64,000 nucleotides of DNA from Candidatus Krumholzibacteriia bacterium (lineage in GTDB: Bacteria > Krumholzibacteriota > Krumholzibacteriia > LZORAL124-64-63): NCBI GenBank assembly GCA_050174015.1, contig JBFXKG010000006.1:1-64000 (forward strand), written 5' to 3'. This document shows, piece by piece, positions 30,044-40,040 of this stretch (its first letter is position 1; every line of letters starts with the position of its first letter). Below the pieces are notes generated by a model. It had not been told where the DNA came from. It saw only the letters and a list, made by a program, of their open reading frames with translations, and made no database searches. The translations under genes and the position numbers were made by a program.

Positions 30044-32803
30044 CTAATCCCGGCCCATGGCGGCCAGCCGCTCCCTCAGGGTCTCGGCCTTGGCGCGGTT
30101 CTCCTCCAGCAGGCTCCGCTGCTGCTCGACCACCTCGGCCGGGGCGTTGGCCGTGAACTTGGTGTTGGCGAGCTTGGCCTCGCAGCCCTTCAGCCACCCC
30201 TCCAGCTTCTCGAGTTCCTTTTGCAGGCGTGAGCGCTCCTTGTCAAGGTCCACCAGCCCCGCCATGGGCAGGAAGATCTGGACGGTGCCCGCCACACCCA
30301 CGCCGGCCGGCGAAGGGTCGTCGCCCCCATGGACGACCTCGACCTGCTCCATCTTGGCCAGCAGGCCGATCATGGACGCATCCTCGAGCAACGGGGCGGT
30401 CGCCTCCGGGCCGCCGACCCTCAGGACGGCGCGGCCCCGCTTGCCCGGGGGCACTCCCAGTTCGTTCCGGAGGTTGCGGATCACGCCGACGATCTCCTTC
30501 ACCCGCTCGAAACGCTCCCGCTCGGCCGGGCAGGGCGCCGGGCCGGCGTTCTCGGGCATCGCCGAGGTCATGAGGTATCCGGCGGCGGGGGGAAGCCAGC
30601 TCCACAATTCCTCGGTGATGAACGGCATGACCGGATGGAGAAGCTTGTAGCTGAGGGCGAGCTGCAGCACCGCCGCCTGGACGGCGACGGGGCGCCCCGC
30701 GTCGTCCCGCAGGCGGGGCTTGATCGCCTCCAGGTACCAGTCGCAGAACTCGTGACGGAAGAAGTTGAAGACGAGATAGGCCGCGTCGTTGAGACGGCGC
30801 TTCTCCATGTTGGCCTGGTACTCGTCCACGACCTTCAGGAGGGTCCCGAGGGACCAGCGGTCCTCGAGGGTCAGGTCCCCGTCACCGACCTCGACCGGCG
30901 GGGGGCAGCCGAACACCGCGGTCCACAGGCGGCCGAAGGCTTCGCCTCCGCGGGCGTCCCAGTCGCATCCGGCCATCTCCGCCCCGAGATCGAGGATCCG
31001 GGGCGGCGCGGCCGCACCGGCCGGGGCGCCCGGCAGGCCGGCCTCGTCCCAGGCGCCGAGGACGAGCTTGGTGGCCTGGAAGATCTTGTTGCAGAAGTTC
31101 CGACCCACCTCGAGGGTCGTCTCGCTGAAGAAGATGTCCTGGCCCGTGGGCGTGAGCATGACCAGGCTGCAGCGCAGGGCGTCCGCCCCGTACTTGTCGA
31201 TCAGGTCGATGGGATCGGGACTGTTGCCCAGGGACTTGCTCATCTTGCGGCCCTGCTCGTCCCTGACGATTCCGGTGAACAGCACCTCGCCGAAGGGCTT
31301 CTCGCCCAGGAACTCGTAGCTGGCCATGATCATGCGGGCGACCCAGAAGAAGATGATGTCCGCGGCGGTGACCAGCAGGCTGGTGGGATGGTACTTCCTC
31401 AGATCGGCGGTGTCCTCCGGCCAGCCCAGGGGCGAGAAGGTCCAGAGCCAGCTGCTGAACCAGGTGTCCAGCACGTCCTCGTCCTGCACCAGGGCCTGCG
31501 ACCCGCACTCCGGGCAGGCGTTCGGGGCCGCGGAGGCGGCGATCTCCGCAGGGCAGTCCTGGCAGTACCAGACCGGGATCCGGTGCCCCCACCACAGTTG
31601 CCGGCTGATGCACCAGTCCCGGATGTTGCCCATCCAGTTGTGGTAGACACCGACCCAGCGCTCGGGAAACAGGGTGATCTCCCCGTCCTGCACGGCCTTG
31701 ACCGCGGGTTCCGCCAGCTTGTCCATGCGCAGGAACCACTGCCGCGACAGGTACGGTTCGATGATGTTCCCGCACCGATCGTGGTGGCCGACCTGGTGGA
31801 TCTGCTTCTCGATCTTCGGCAGCAGGCCCTGCTCCTCGAGCGCGGCCACCACCGCCTTGCGGCACTCGTACCGGTCCATTCCCGCGAACGCGCCCGCGGC
31901 CTCGTTCATGACCGCCTGGGGCGTCATGCAGACCACCTGCGGCAGGTCGTGCCGGCGTCCGACCTCGAAGTCGTTGGGATCGTGGGCCGGCGTGATCTTC
32001 ACGAACCCGGTCCCCTTCTCCGGATCGGCATGATGGTCGCCGATGATGGGGATCACCCGATCGGCCAGGGGCAGGCGGACCTGCCTGCCGATCAGGTGCT
32101 TCCGTTCGGGATCGTTCGGGTGCACGGCCACGGCCGTGTCGCCGAACATGGTCTCCGGACGGGTGGTCGCCACCGTGACCGAGCCCCCGCCGTCGGCCAG
32201 GGGATAGGTCAGATGCCAGTAGCGTCCATCGAGCTCCCGGTACTCCACCTCGTCGTCGCTGATGGCGGTCAGACAGTGGGGGCACCAGTTGACCAGGTAC
32301 ATGTCCCGGTAGATCAGGCCGCGGTCCTTGAGCCGGATGAACGCCTCGGTCACCGCCCGGTTGCGGGCCTCGTCCATGGTGAAGGCCTCGCGGCTCCAGT
32401 CCAGGCTGCAGCCCAGGCGCTTGATCTGCTGCGTGATGCGGCCATGGGTGACGTCCTTCCAGGCCCAGGCCTTCTCCAGGAAGACCTCCCGGCCGACGGA
32501 CCGCTTGTCCAGACCCTCGGCGGCCATCTGCCTGCCGACCACCTGCTCGGTGGCGATGCTGGCGTGGTCCGTGCCGGGCACCCACAGGGCGGGGCGCCCC
32601 CGCATCCTCGCCCAGCGGATCAGCGTGTCCTGGATGGAGTTGCCCAGGCAGTGCCCCATGTGGAGGATGCCGGTGACGTTCGGTGGAGGCAGGGTGACGA
32701 CGAAGGGATCCCCCTCCAGATCCTCGTCGGGGGCGAACAGTCCCGCACCCTCCCAGGCCGCATACCATTTCTGCTCGATGCCCTCGGGGTTGTACTGGGA
32801 CAT
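30044..32803 (-). CDS. valS: Valine--tRNA ligase
   Basis: PPPNVTG.LHMGH, DWCISRQLWWGH, KMSKS, C-terminal coiled coil. Start MSQYNP. Confidence 0.98.
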   Translation of the reverse strand: MSQYNPEGIEQKWYAAWEGAGLFAPDEDLEGDPFVVTLPPPNVTGILHMGHCLGNSIQDTLIRWARMRGRPALWVPGTDHASIATEQVVGRQMAAEGLDKRSVGREVFLEKAWAWKDVTHGRITQQIKRLGCSLDWSREAFTMDEARNRAVTEAFIRLKDRGLIYRDMYLVNWCPHCLTAISDDEVEYRELDGRYWHLTYPLADGGGSVTVATTRPETMFGDTAVAVHPNDPERKHLIGRQVRLPLADRVIPIIGDHHADPEKGTGFVKITPAHDPNDFEVGRRHDLPQVVCMTPQAVMNEAAGAFAGMDRYECRKAVVAALEEQGLLPKIEKQIHQVGHHDRCGNIIEPYLSRQWFLRMDKLAEPAVKAVQDGEITLFPERWVGVYHNWMGNIRDWCISRQLWWGHRIPVWYCQDCPAEIAASAAPNACPECGSQALVQDEDVLDTWFSSWLWTFSPLGWPEDTADLRKYHPTSLLVTAADIIFFWVARMIMASYEFLGEKPFGEVLFTGIVRDEQGRKMSKSLGNSPDPIDLIDKYGADALRCSLVMLTPTGQDIFFSETTLEVGRNFCNKIFQATKLVLGAWDEAGLPGAPAGAAAPPRILDLGAEMAGCDWDARGGEAFGRLWTAVFGCPPPVEVGDGDLTLEDRWSLGTLLKVVDEYQANMEKRRLNDAAYLVFNFFRHEFCDWYLEAIKPRLRDDAGRPVAVQAAVLQLALSYKLLHPVMPFITEELWSWLPPAAGYLMTSAMPENAGPAPCPAERERFERVKEIVGVIRNLRNELGVPPGKRGRAVLRVGGPEATAPLLEDASMIGLLAKMEQVEVVHGGDDPSPAGVGVAGTVQIFLPMAGLVDLDKERSRLQKELEKLEGWLKGCEAKLANTKFTANAPAEVVEQQRSLLEENRAKAETLRERLAAMGRD

Positions 32804-32955
32804 TTGCCTGATGTCTTCCACGCGATTCTCCTGGATGTGGCCCGTACCGGCGAAAATTGTTCGAGTCGGGGAATTTAACACCTCGCAGGGTGCGGGGCAA
32901 TATGGGCCTGACGGGCGGCCCGGGCTCTGCTATGCTGGGATCGACGGCACCCCGG

Positions 32956-35502
32956 ATGACAGCGGCCCCGGAGGTCACCTTGCGCTACCAGGGCGTCTAC
33001 AGCGAAAGCAGCTTCGAACGCTGGTCCCGCCGCTTCGGTCTCTTCATCCTCGTCCCCCTGTTCCTGCTCACGAGCCTCGCCGTCGTCATCCGCATCGCCC
33101 AGAAGCCCGAACTGGGATTGACCGTCCACGAGCTGCGTGTCGTCTCGGTGATCCCGGACGGCCCCGCCGCGCGCGCCGGCCTGCGGGAAGGCGACCTCAT
33201 CAAGGGTGTGGGCCACCGCCTGGTCCGGGACATGACCGGATACTACGCGGCCCTGGCCAGGCATCTCGAGCTCGCCCCCCTGCCGCTTCTGGTCGAACGC
33301 GAGGGCCAGGATTGCGCCCTGGTGCTCGTGCCGGCCCTGCCCGGCCAGGCCAGGCTGATCCGCAACTACAGCCTGTGGGTGGTGGGATTGACCTTCCTGA
33401 TGATCGGCTGGTGGGTTCTCCAGCGCCGTCCCGACCCGGTGACGCGCAACTTCTTCTCCCTCTGCTTCATCTTCGCGTTCTTCCTGATGGAGATCCCCGA
33501 CCTGCCCGTCGACGCCTACATGTGGATCAAGGAACGCCTGCGGCTGCTGTTCCAGTTCCTGCTGCCGGCCTACTTCCTGCGTTTCTTCCTGCAGTTCCCC
33601 AGCCTGCGGCGGACCTCCCGGGGCGAGGCGGCCAAGCTGCGGCTGTTGCTGGTCCCCGGCTGGCTCCTGTTCGCCGCCTCCCTCGCGGTGGACCTGGCCC
33701 GGCTGGATACCCCCGGCCGGACGCTCAAACCCGTGCTGGAGATCATCGCCCTGGTCTACATGTCGGGATTCTTCCTGGCGGGACTGGTCATCTTCGGGAA
33801 GCGGGCGCTCCGGAAGGACCGACCCATCCAGCAATCCAAGATGCGGGTCATCCTCATCGGGCTGGTCGGGGGTCTGGTGCCGTTTCTGGCGGCCGCCGTC
33901 GTCGGCAACCTCGCCCCGGGCAGCGCCCTGCCCCAGTGGCAGTACCTGGCCTTCTCGCTGCTGCTCGTGCCGGCCAGCTTCGGACTGGCGATCATGCGTT
34001 TCGGCGCCCTCGACCGCAACTTCATCGTCCGCACGAGCATGACCTACGGGTTGCTGACCGTCCTGGTCCTGTGCGGCTATCTGGTGGTGATCATGGGTCT
34101 GAGCCAGGTCTTCGAGAACTGGCTCGAGGTCGACTCGGAGCGCCTCCTGCTGGTGCTGGTCGCCCTCAGCGGACTGGTGGTCCTGCCCTTGCGCCGCCTG
34201 GTCCAGGGCTGGGTGGACCGGGCCTTCTATCCCTCCCGCATGGCCACCCGCCGGGCCATGACCGCCATCGCCCAGGAGCTGACGGGCCTGATCGAGTCCG
34301 AGGACGTGATCAGCCACATGAAGGGGAGGCTCGTCGGGCTCTTCCGCCCCCAGACCTTCCACCTTTATCTCACGGCGGACTCCGCTCCCGGAGTCCTGGT
34401 CCCGTGGGGGGAGTCGGGCGCCATCCCCACCGCCGACGCCGGCCTGCCGCCCCTGCCGGTCGACAGCGGTCTGGCCCGGCTCCTGGACAGGCTGCGGCGA
34501 CCCATCTTCACCGAGGAGATCGACGACCTCCTTTTCGCCGCCGGAAGCGACCCCTCGTCCAGCGGACTGCCGGCAGGTCTCCGGGCGCAGCTGCTCGTCC
34601 CCCTGGTGACCGGCAACCGGTTGCTGGGATTCCTGGCCTTCGGCGACAAGAAGGGCGGATCCCTCTACAGCCAGGACGATCTGGCCAACCTCCAGGCCCT
34701 GGCCGTGCAGGCCGCGCCCGTCATCGAGAGCCGCCGGCTGTACCACGACAGCCTCCGCCAGAAGCGTCTGGAGACCGAGCTGCAACTGGCCAAGGAGATC
34801 CAGTCCTCCCTGCTGCCCACCGGTCCGCTATCCGGTCCCGGCTTCGTCATCGCCGGACGCAACCAGGCCTGCCGCATGGTGGGAGGCGACTACTTCGACT
34901 ACTTCCTGCGCTCAGACGGCACCCTCGGCTTCGCCATCGGTGACGTATCGGGGAAGGGCATCCCCGCATCCTTGCTCATGGCCTCCCTCCGGGTGGCCTT
35001 CCGGAGCGAGGTGGAGGCGGCCGGCCGGCCCCGGGAGGTGGTGAGCCGCGTCAACCGTCAGATCTGCGCCCTGATCACCCAGGACCGTTTCGTGTCCTTC
35101 TTCTACGGGATCCTCGATCCGCGCACCAGGTGCCTGCGGTTCTGCAACGCGGGCATGGATCCTCCGCTGGTGTTCCGCCGCGGCACCGGGATCCTCGAAT
35201 CCCTGAAGCGCGGCGGCATGGTGCTCGGAGTGGCGCCGGATCACCCCTACCGGGGCGGAGAGCTCACCCTCGGAACGGGAGACGTGGTCTTCCTGTTCAC
35301 CGATGGGCTTTCCGAGCAGCAGAACCCCGACGGCGAATTCTTCGACGCCCGGAGGTTGCAGGATGCCGTGGGAGCGAACCTCGACCGGGAACCGGAGGAC
35401 CTGCTGGAGGAAATTTTTGGCATCGTGGATGCATTCGGATCAGGGGTGGAATCCGATGACAGGACCGCAATTATCTTGAAAATCAACGACTTGAATAATT
35501 AA
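32956..35502 (+). CDS. Membrane-bound SpoIIE/PP2C-type phosphatase with PDZ, multi-TM and GAF-like domains
   Basis: GPAARAGLREGD (PDZ), several TM helices, VGGDYFD, GDVSGKG, NAG, TDG, DDRT. Start uncertain. Confidence 0.88.
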   Translation: MTAAPEVTLRYQGVYSESSFERWSRRFGLFILVPLFLLTSLAVVIRIAQKPELGLTVHELRVVSVIPDGPAARAGLREGDLIKGVGHRLVRDMTGYYAALARHLELAPLPLLVEREGQDCALVLVPALPGQARLIRNYSLWVVGLTFLMIGWWVLQRRPDPVTRNFFSLCFIFAFFLMEIPDLPVDAYMWIKERLRLLFQFLLPAYFLRFFLQFPSLRRTSRGEAAKLRLLLVPGWLLFAASLAVDLARLDTPGRTLKPVLEIIALVYMSGFFLAGLVIFGKRALRKDRPIQQSKMRVILIGLVGGLVPFLAAAVVGNLAPGSALPQWQYLAFSLLLVPASFGLAIMRFGALDRNFIVRTSMTYGLLTVLVLCGYLVVIMGLSQVFENWLEVDSERLLLVLVALSGLVVLPLRRLVQGWVDRAFYPSRMATRRAMTAIAQELTGLIESEDVISHMKGRLVGLFRPQTFHLYLTADSAPGVLVPWGESGAIPTADAGLPPLPVDSGLARLLDRLRRPIFTEEIDDLLFAAGSDPSSSGLPAGLRAQLLVPLVTGNRLLGFLAFGDKKGGSLYSQDDLANLQALAVQAAPVIESRRLYHDSLRQKRLETELQLAKEIQSSLLPTGPLSGPGFVIAGRNQACRMVGGDYFDYFLRSDGTLGFAIGDVSGKGIPASLLMASLRVAFRSEVEAAGRPREVVSRVNRQICALITQDRFVSFFYGILDPRTRCLRFCNAGMDPPLVFRRGTGILESLKRGGMVLGVAPDHPYRGGELTLGTGDVVFLFTDGLSEQQNPDGEFFDARRLQDAVGANLDREPEDLLEEIFGIVDAFGSGVESDDRTAIILKINDLNN

Positions 35503-35659
35503 AGATATCCCGGTATCCAAATTGCTCAAGCTGCCTGGGATGCGGCCGATTCCCAGGGATTTTCCACGATGAAATTCCCCTCAAGCAGCAGGAATCCCGG
35601 TCGAAATCCTGGAAGTCCACGATCCATTCACCTTACAAGGAAGAAAGGGGGGATCGGCA

Positions 35660-35728
35660 ATGGGACCTGAAACCTACATCGTCATCGGTCTTTCACTGAT
35701 CGATCTCTTTTGGTGGCTGAGGAAATGA
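35660..35728 (+). CDS. Putative 22-aa hydrophobic small protein MGPETYIVIGLSLIDLFWWLRK
   Basis: Purine-rich RBS (AAGAAAGGGGGGA) before the ATG, TGA at 35726-35728, terminator directly downstream. Below the ORF-track length cutoff. Confidence 0.55.
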   Translation: MGPETYIVIGLSLIDLFWWLRK

Positions 35729-35742
35729 TCACAGCCTGCTAG

Positions 35743-35786
35743 GCCCCTGGCCGACCGGTGAGAACCCAGGCCAGGGGCTTTCGTTT
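35743..35786 (+). terminator. Intrinsic terminator after the small ORF
   Basis: GCCCCTGGCC/GGCCAGGGGC stem with an inner GGT-GAGA-ACC hairpin, followed by TTTCGTTT. Confidence 0.7.
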
Positions 35787-35799
35787 GCCCTGAAGCCGG

Positions 35800-36336
35800 T
35801 CAGCCGCCCATGACCTGACGGATCATCCCCTCGTACTCGGCCTTGGTCTGGCCGCCGATCCACATCTTCCGCACGATGCCCCGCCCGTCCACCAGGTAGG
35901 TCGTCGGCAAGCTGGAGACCCGGTAGTCCTGGAAGACCTGCGGGCTGCCGATCGCCATGGGAAAGGTCAGCCCCCTGGCCCCGACGAAGGAGCGGACCTT
36001 GGCCTCGCCTTCCTGGCCTGCGGCGATCCCGACCACCACCACATCCCCTGAGAATCCGACGCTGATGTCCTGCAGGTGAGGCATGGCCTCACGGCAGGGA
36101 GGGCACCAGGTATCCCAGAAATCCAGCAGGACGGTTTTCCCCCGGAGGTCGGACAGGGTGAGGGACTCCCCGTCCAGTCCGGCCAGGGTGAAGTCCGGCG
36201 CCACCTGCCCCACACCTGTTCCCGTGGACGCATCGCCCAGGGATCCGGTCTCCGCCTGGTTTCCGTCGTCGGTGCCGCACCCCGCGGCCACCAGGGCCAG
36301 TGCGGCGAACATGAGGAGCGACCATTTCCTGAACAT
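35800..36336 (-). CDS. TlpA/ResA-like thioredoxin lipoprotein
   Basis: Lipobox LVAAG-C, APDFTL, FWDTWCPPC, LPTTYLVD. Confidence 0.9.
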   Translation of the reverse strand: MFRKWSLLMFAALALVAAGCGTDDGNQAETGSLGDASTGTGVGQVAPDFTLAGLDGESLTLSDLRGKTVLLDFWDTWCPPCREAMPHLQDISVGFSGDVVVVGIAAGQEGEAKVRSFVGARGLTFPMAIGSPQVFQDYRVSSLPTTYLVDGRGIVRKMWIGGQTKAEYEGMIRQVMGG

Positions 36337-36470
36337 CACTTCGGGGTCCTTTCCTGGCTGTGGAAAACCCGGCGCAGCCGGCCGGGCGTCGTCCATTCCA
36401 TCCTTCAGGAGGAAATATCGTATATCTTCAATTTTTTGCAACCATTGGTGGGATTCGGGGTTCACCCTCC

Positions 36471-36498
36471 TTGAATCCTGGTGGGATATTCGTATAGT
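36471..36498 (+). promoter_or_regulatory. Putative promoter for the dsbD-like gene
   Basis: TTGAAT-N16-TATAGT in an AT-rich divergent intergenic region. Confidence 0.5.
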
Positions 36499-36544
36499 AG
36501 ACGCACCCGATCGGTGCGATACACCAACCAAGCGAGGATCCGGC

Positions 36545-38398
36545 TTGACCCGCAAAACCCTCAGCCCGGCCGCCGCCCTGGCGCTGCCCCTTTTCCTGTT
36601 CATCTCTCCCGCCTCCGGACAGACCCCCATCCCGGGTCTGGAGGTCGAGGTCAGCCTCCGGAGCGAAGTCGCCGAGATCGGCAAGGATCTGGTCCTGGAC
36701 GTCGCCGTCGATCCCGGTCCTGGAGCCAAGCTCCTGGCCGAGGGCTGGGCCATCGCCGTCCGCGACGCCGCCGATCCCCTCTTCCCGGCCGAGCCCTATC
36801 CCGTACGCCTGGTGTCGGCCGCGCCGGAAGGACGGGACCAGGGATTCCTGCCCTCGCCCGCCCGGTTCGAGTGGGCTGCGCCGATCCCCACCGGGACCGA
36901 GCCCGGGGTCAGGGACCTGATCGTGACCGCGACCGCGATGCAGGAGGACGGGACCGTCGTCGAGGGCCGCTGGGAAGGTCCGGTGACCGTGGATTTCGGC
37001 GAGGACTGGTCGGCGGACAAGATCACCGCCTTCATCGAGCGCAGGGGCCTGGGCCTGTTCCTGGTGGTCGTCTTCGGATTCGGCCTGTTGATGAGCCTGT
37101 CCCCCTGCATCTATCCGATGATCCCCATCACCCTGGCGGTCATCGGCGCCCAGAGCCAGGAGAAGGGCGCCCTTCACGGCCTGGTCATGTCCGTGACCTA
37201 CGTCGTGGGCATGGCCCTGGTCTACGCCATCCTCGGCGCCCTGAGCGCCACCGTGTTCAGCGGCATCACGGCGTTCATGCAGAGCCCCGCCGTCCTCGTG
37301 CCCCTGGCCCTGCTGCTGGTGGCCCTTTCCTTCGGCATGTTCGGGGCCTTCGAGCTGGAGGCACCGGCCTTCATCCGCGACCGCCTGCAAGGATCCGGCC
37401 GCACGGGCAAGCGCGGCGGATTCATCGGCGCCTTCGTCATGGGAATGGTGGCCGGCCTGGTGGCGTCGCCCTGCGTGGGGCCCTTCCTGGCGGCCCTCCT
37501 GGTCTGGGTAGGCACGACGGGGAACTGGGTCCTGGGTTTCTTCTCCCTGTTCACCTTCGGCATCGGCATGGGGCTGCTCCTGATCGGGGTGGGAACCTTC
37601 CCCGCCCTGCTGGGATCCATGCCCCGCAGCGGCGGCTGGATGGTGACCGTGAAGAACTTCATGGGCCTGCTGCTCCTGGCCATGGCCTTCTACTTCGTCC
37701 GACCCGGCGCGGTGCTTCCGGTGACCGCCTTCTACCCCCTGCTGGGGGCCACGGCCATCCTGGTCTCGGTCTTCATGGGGGCCTTCGAGGGGCTCGGATC
37801 CGCGGAGTCCTGGTGGCCCCGGGCGCGCAAGGGCCTGGGCCTGATCGTCTTCCTGTTCGGCCTCCACTTCTTCCTGGGGGGCCTGATCTGGCACACCAAC
37901 CTGATGCCCCGGCCGGCGGTCGAAGCGGTCCCGCCCGCGGCCATGCCCCGGGATCCGACCCGATCCCTGACCGGGGATGCCGATCCCGGCGTCGCCGGCG
38001 CAGCGACGGCGTCCCTGCCCGCCAAGGTCCCCTGGGAGGTCCTCGCCACCGGTGCGGGGCCCCGCCCCATCCTGGACGCCCGGCTGGCCGAGGCCAAGGC
38101 GGCCGGCAAGCCGGTGATGATCGACTTCTGGGCCGAGTGGTGCGTCTACTGCAAGAAGCTGGACAAGCTGGTCTGGAAGGATCCCGCGGTCGTCGAGGAG
38201 TCCTTGCGCTTCGTCACGATCAAGTTCGACGCGACCGCGCCCGACGACGAGGAGATGGCGGCCATCAAGAAGCTGTTTCAGGTCACGGGACTGCCGCGGG
38301 TGGTGTTCATCGACAGCCGGGGCGAGATCCTGCACGGCCGCAGCCAGGGTTTCCTGGAGGCGCCCGCGATGCTCGAGGTCATGCAGAGCATCCGCTGA
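36545..38398 (+). CDS. DsbD-like thiol:disulfide interchange / cytochrome c biogenesis protein
   Basis: SLSPCIYPMIP, ASPCVGPF, C-terminal DFWAEWCVYC thioredoxin domain. TTG start inferred. Confidence 0.9.
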   Translation: MTRKTLSPAAALALPLFLFISPASGQTPIPGLEVEVSLRSEVAEIGKDLVLDVAVDPGPGAKLLAEGWAIAVRDAADPLFPAEPYPVRLVSAAPEGRDQGFLPSPARFEWAAPIPTGTEPGVRDLIVTATAMQEDGTVVEGRWEGPVTVDFGEDWSADKITAFIERRGLGLFLVVVFGFGLLMSLSPCIYPMIPITLAVIGAQSQEKGALHGLVMSVTYVVGMALVYAILGALSATVFSGITAFMQSPAVLVPLALLLVALSFGMFGAFELEAPAFIRDRLQGSGRTGKRGGFIGAFVMGMVAGLVASPCVGPFLAALLVWVGTTGNWVLGFFSLFTFGIGMGLLLIGVGTFPALLGSMPRSGGWMVTVKNFMGLLLLAMAFYFVRPGAVLPVTAFYPLLGATAILVSVFMGAFEGLGSAESWWPRARKGLGLIVFLFGLHFFLGGLIWHTNLMPRPAVEAVPPAAMPRDPTRSLTGDADPGVAGAATASLPAKVPWEVLATGAGPRPILDARLAEAKAAGKPVMIDFWAEWCVYCKKLDKLVWKDPAVVEESLRFVTIKFDATAPDDEEMAAIKKLFQVTGLPRVVFIDSRGEILHGRSQGFLEAPAMLEVMQSIR

Positions 38399-38479
38399 GA
38401 ATCCGGGGCCTCCGGTCCGGATCGGACGAGGCCCGCCCTCCCGTGGATGGGTAGGCGGGCCTCGTCGGAAGTTCGAGGG

Positions 38480-39268
38480 CTACTGGAAACGGACTTCCGA
38501 CCGGCGGTCGACGTCGAAGACCTTCACCGGCCCCCCCACCTCGTTCTCGGTGATGACCTCCGGCATGCCGTCCCCGTCGATGTCCAGCAGCTCGATCCGG
38601 CTGAAGAAGTTCTGGTCCTCCCACTCCAGGTTGCCGCTGATGGGATCGATGACCTGCCCCGTGTTCAGGACGACCTCGACCCGACCGTCGCCGTCCACGT
38701 CGCCGCAGCGGATCATCGTGGCGGAATACTCGTCGATGCTCGTGAAGTCCTTGGTGAAGGTGGCCCCGTCGATCTGCACCAGGCGGCCGTCGGCGATCAT
38801 GACGATCTCCCGGGCCGGATCCTCGTCCAGGTTCGCCGTGGTGAAGCAGGCGATCTGCTGGTATTCCCCCGTCAGGGATTCCCAGAGCTGGTTGTAGTCC
38901 TCGAGCGACCACACGTAGATCTTGCCCGTGCCCGTGTTGCAGATGAGGGCGTCGTCGAGCCCGTCCCCCCCAAGGTCGGCCGCCAGGACCGTCTCGGGCA
39001 CCCCGCCCAGCTGGTTGCTCTTCCAGACCCGCTCGGCGCCACGGCCGTTCATCCTGATCACCTGGACCGTGCTGAACCGGTCACCCAGAGCGACGTACAT
39101 GCCGGCTTCCCCCTGCAGGGGCTCGAACATGGCCATGTGATCGAGCCGCTGGGCGGCCCAGGACAGGTCGCGGTACTGCTCGTAGGTCAGCTCCTCCTGG
39201 GCCAGGACGGGCAGGCAGGTGAGGATGAGGGCGATGACGCCCAGACAGGTCGCGGTTCTCTTCGGCAT
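38480..39268 (-). CDS. Secreted FG-GAP/VCBS-like repeat protein
   Basis: Signal peptide ending PVLA-Q; repeats DLGGDGLDD, NLDEDPARE, DVDGDGRVE, DIDGDGMPE. Confidence 0.8.
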   Translation of the reverse strand: MPKRTATCLGVIALILTCLPVLAQEELTYEQYRDLSWAAQRLDHMAMFEPLQGEAGMYVALGDRFSTVQVIRMNGRGAERVWKSNQLGGVPETVLAADLGGDGLDDALICNTGTGKIYVWSLEDYNQLWESLTGEYQQIACFTTANLDEDPAREIVMIADGRLVQIDGATFTKDFTSIDEYSATMIRCGDVDGDGRVEVVLNTGQVIDPISGNLEWEDQNFFSRIELLDIDGDGMPEVITENEVGGPVKVFDVDRRSEVRFQ

Positions 39269-39395
39269 GATCCACCTCGTCCAGGATAGACAAGGCCGCC
39301 GGAGCCTCGCCCTCGAGCGGGCCGGCCGGCGACCGGAGCAGGGGTTCACGACCAATATAACCGATCCGGTCCGGAGGGTCATGCCCTGAGTCGCG

Positions 39396-40040
39396 CTACC
39401 AGGGCAGGAGGGTGCCGAGCCCGAACCGCGCCGACCAGTTGATGTAGTCGAGATCGTGGTACGTGTAGTGCTTGTACTGCCCGCGCAGCAGCACGAGGTA
39501 GCGGTCGGCGAGAACGACCTCGCATCCCAGCTCCGCGACCGGCGCCCAGTAGGTTTCGCTGGTCCGGTCGCCCTCGACCGGAAAGCTCACCGAGCTGAGA
39601 CCGACTCCCGCCCCGCCGAAGGGCAGGACGCGGGTGCCCTTCCGCTCGGCCGGTTGCAGGTACTTGCGGAACAGCAGATCTCCCGAGCGGATGCGGTAGC
39701 TGGTGTACATCTCCTGATAATCGACCTGCAGGACCATGGCCACGTTCCAGCCGGCGAGAGCGTTGATGAAGGAGGCGGCGGCTCCCGGATGGAAGATGAT
39801 CGCGCCCCCGTATCCGAACTGGTCGTTGGCATGGGAGAACCCGCCGCCCACTCCGACCTGGCCGACCAGGAAGACCGGGGAGTCGAGGTCGTGTCCGAGG
39901 TGGGAACGGGGCAGGGCCAGGCGCGGATTCACGCCGCCGTCCTGGGCCAGGAGGGCGGTTCGCGGTCCGGGCGCAAGAAGGAAGACCAGGGCTGCGAGGG
40001 CGGCCCACCGCCGCGGTCTGCCGCCGAAATGTACGGGCAT
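39396..40040 (-). CDS. Putative small outer-membrane beta-barrel protein
   Basis: Signal peptide, alternating amphipathic strands (PFGGAGVG, WSARFGLG), terminal W. Start uncertain. Confidence 0.65.
   Translation of the reverse strand: MPVHFGGRPRRWAALAALVFLLAPGPRTALLAQDGGVNPRLALPRSHLGHDLDSPVFLVGQVGVGGGFSHANDQFGYGGAIIFHPGAAASFINALAGWNVAMVLQVDYQEMYTSYRIRSGDLLFRKYLQPAERKGTRVLPFGGAGVGLSSVSFPVEGDRTSETYWAPVAELGCEVVLADRYLVLLRGQYKHYTYHDLDYINWSARFGLGTLLPW

Noticed and set aside
35660..35728. Trp attenuator leader peptide (tandem WW codons)
   Set aside because: No same-strand gene lies downstream to be attenuated; the next gene is convergent.
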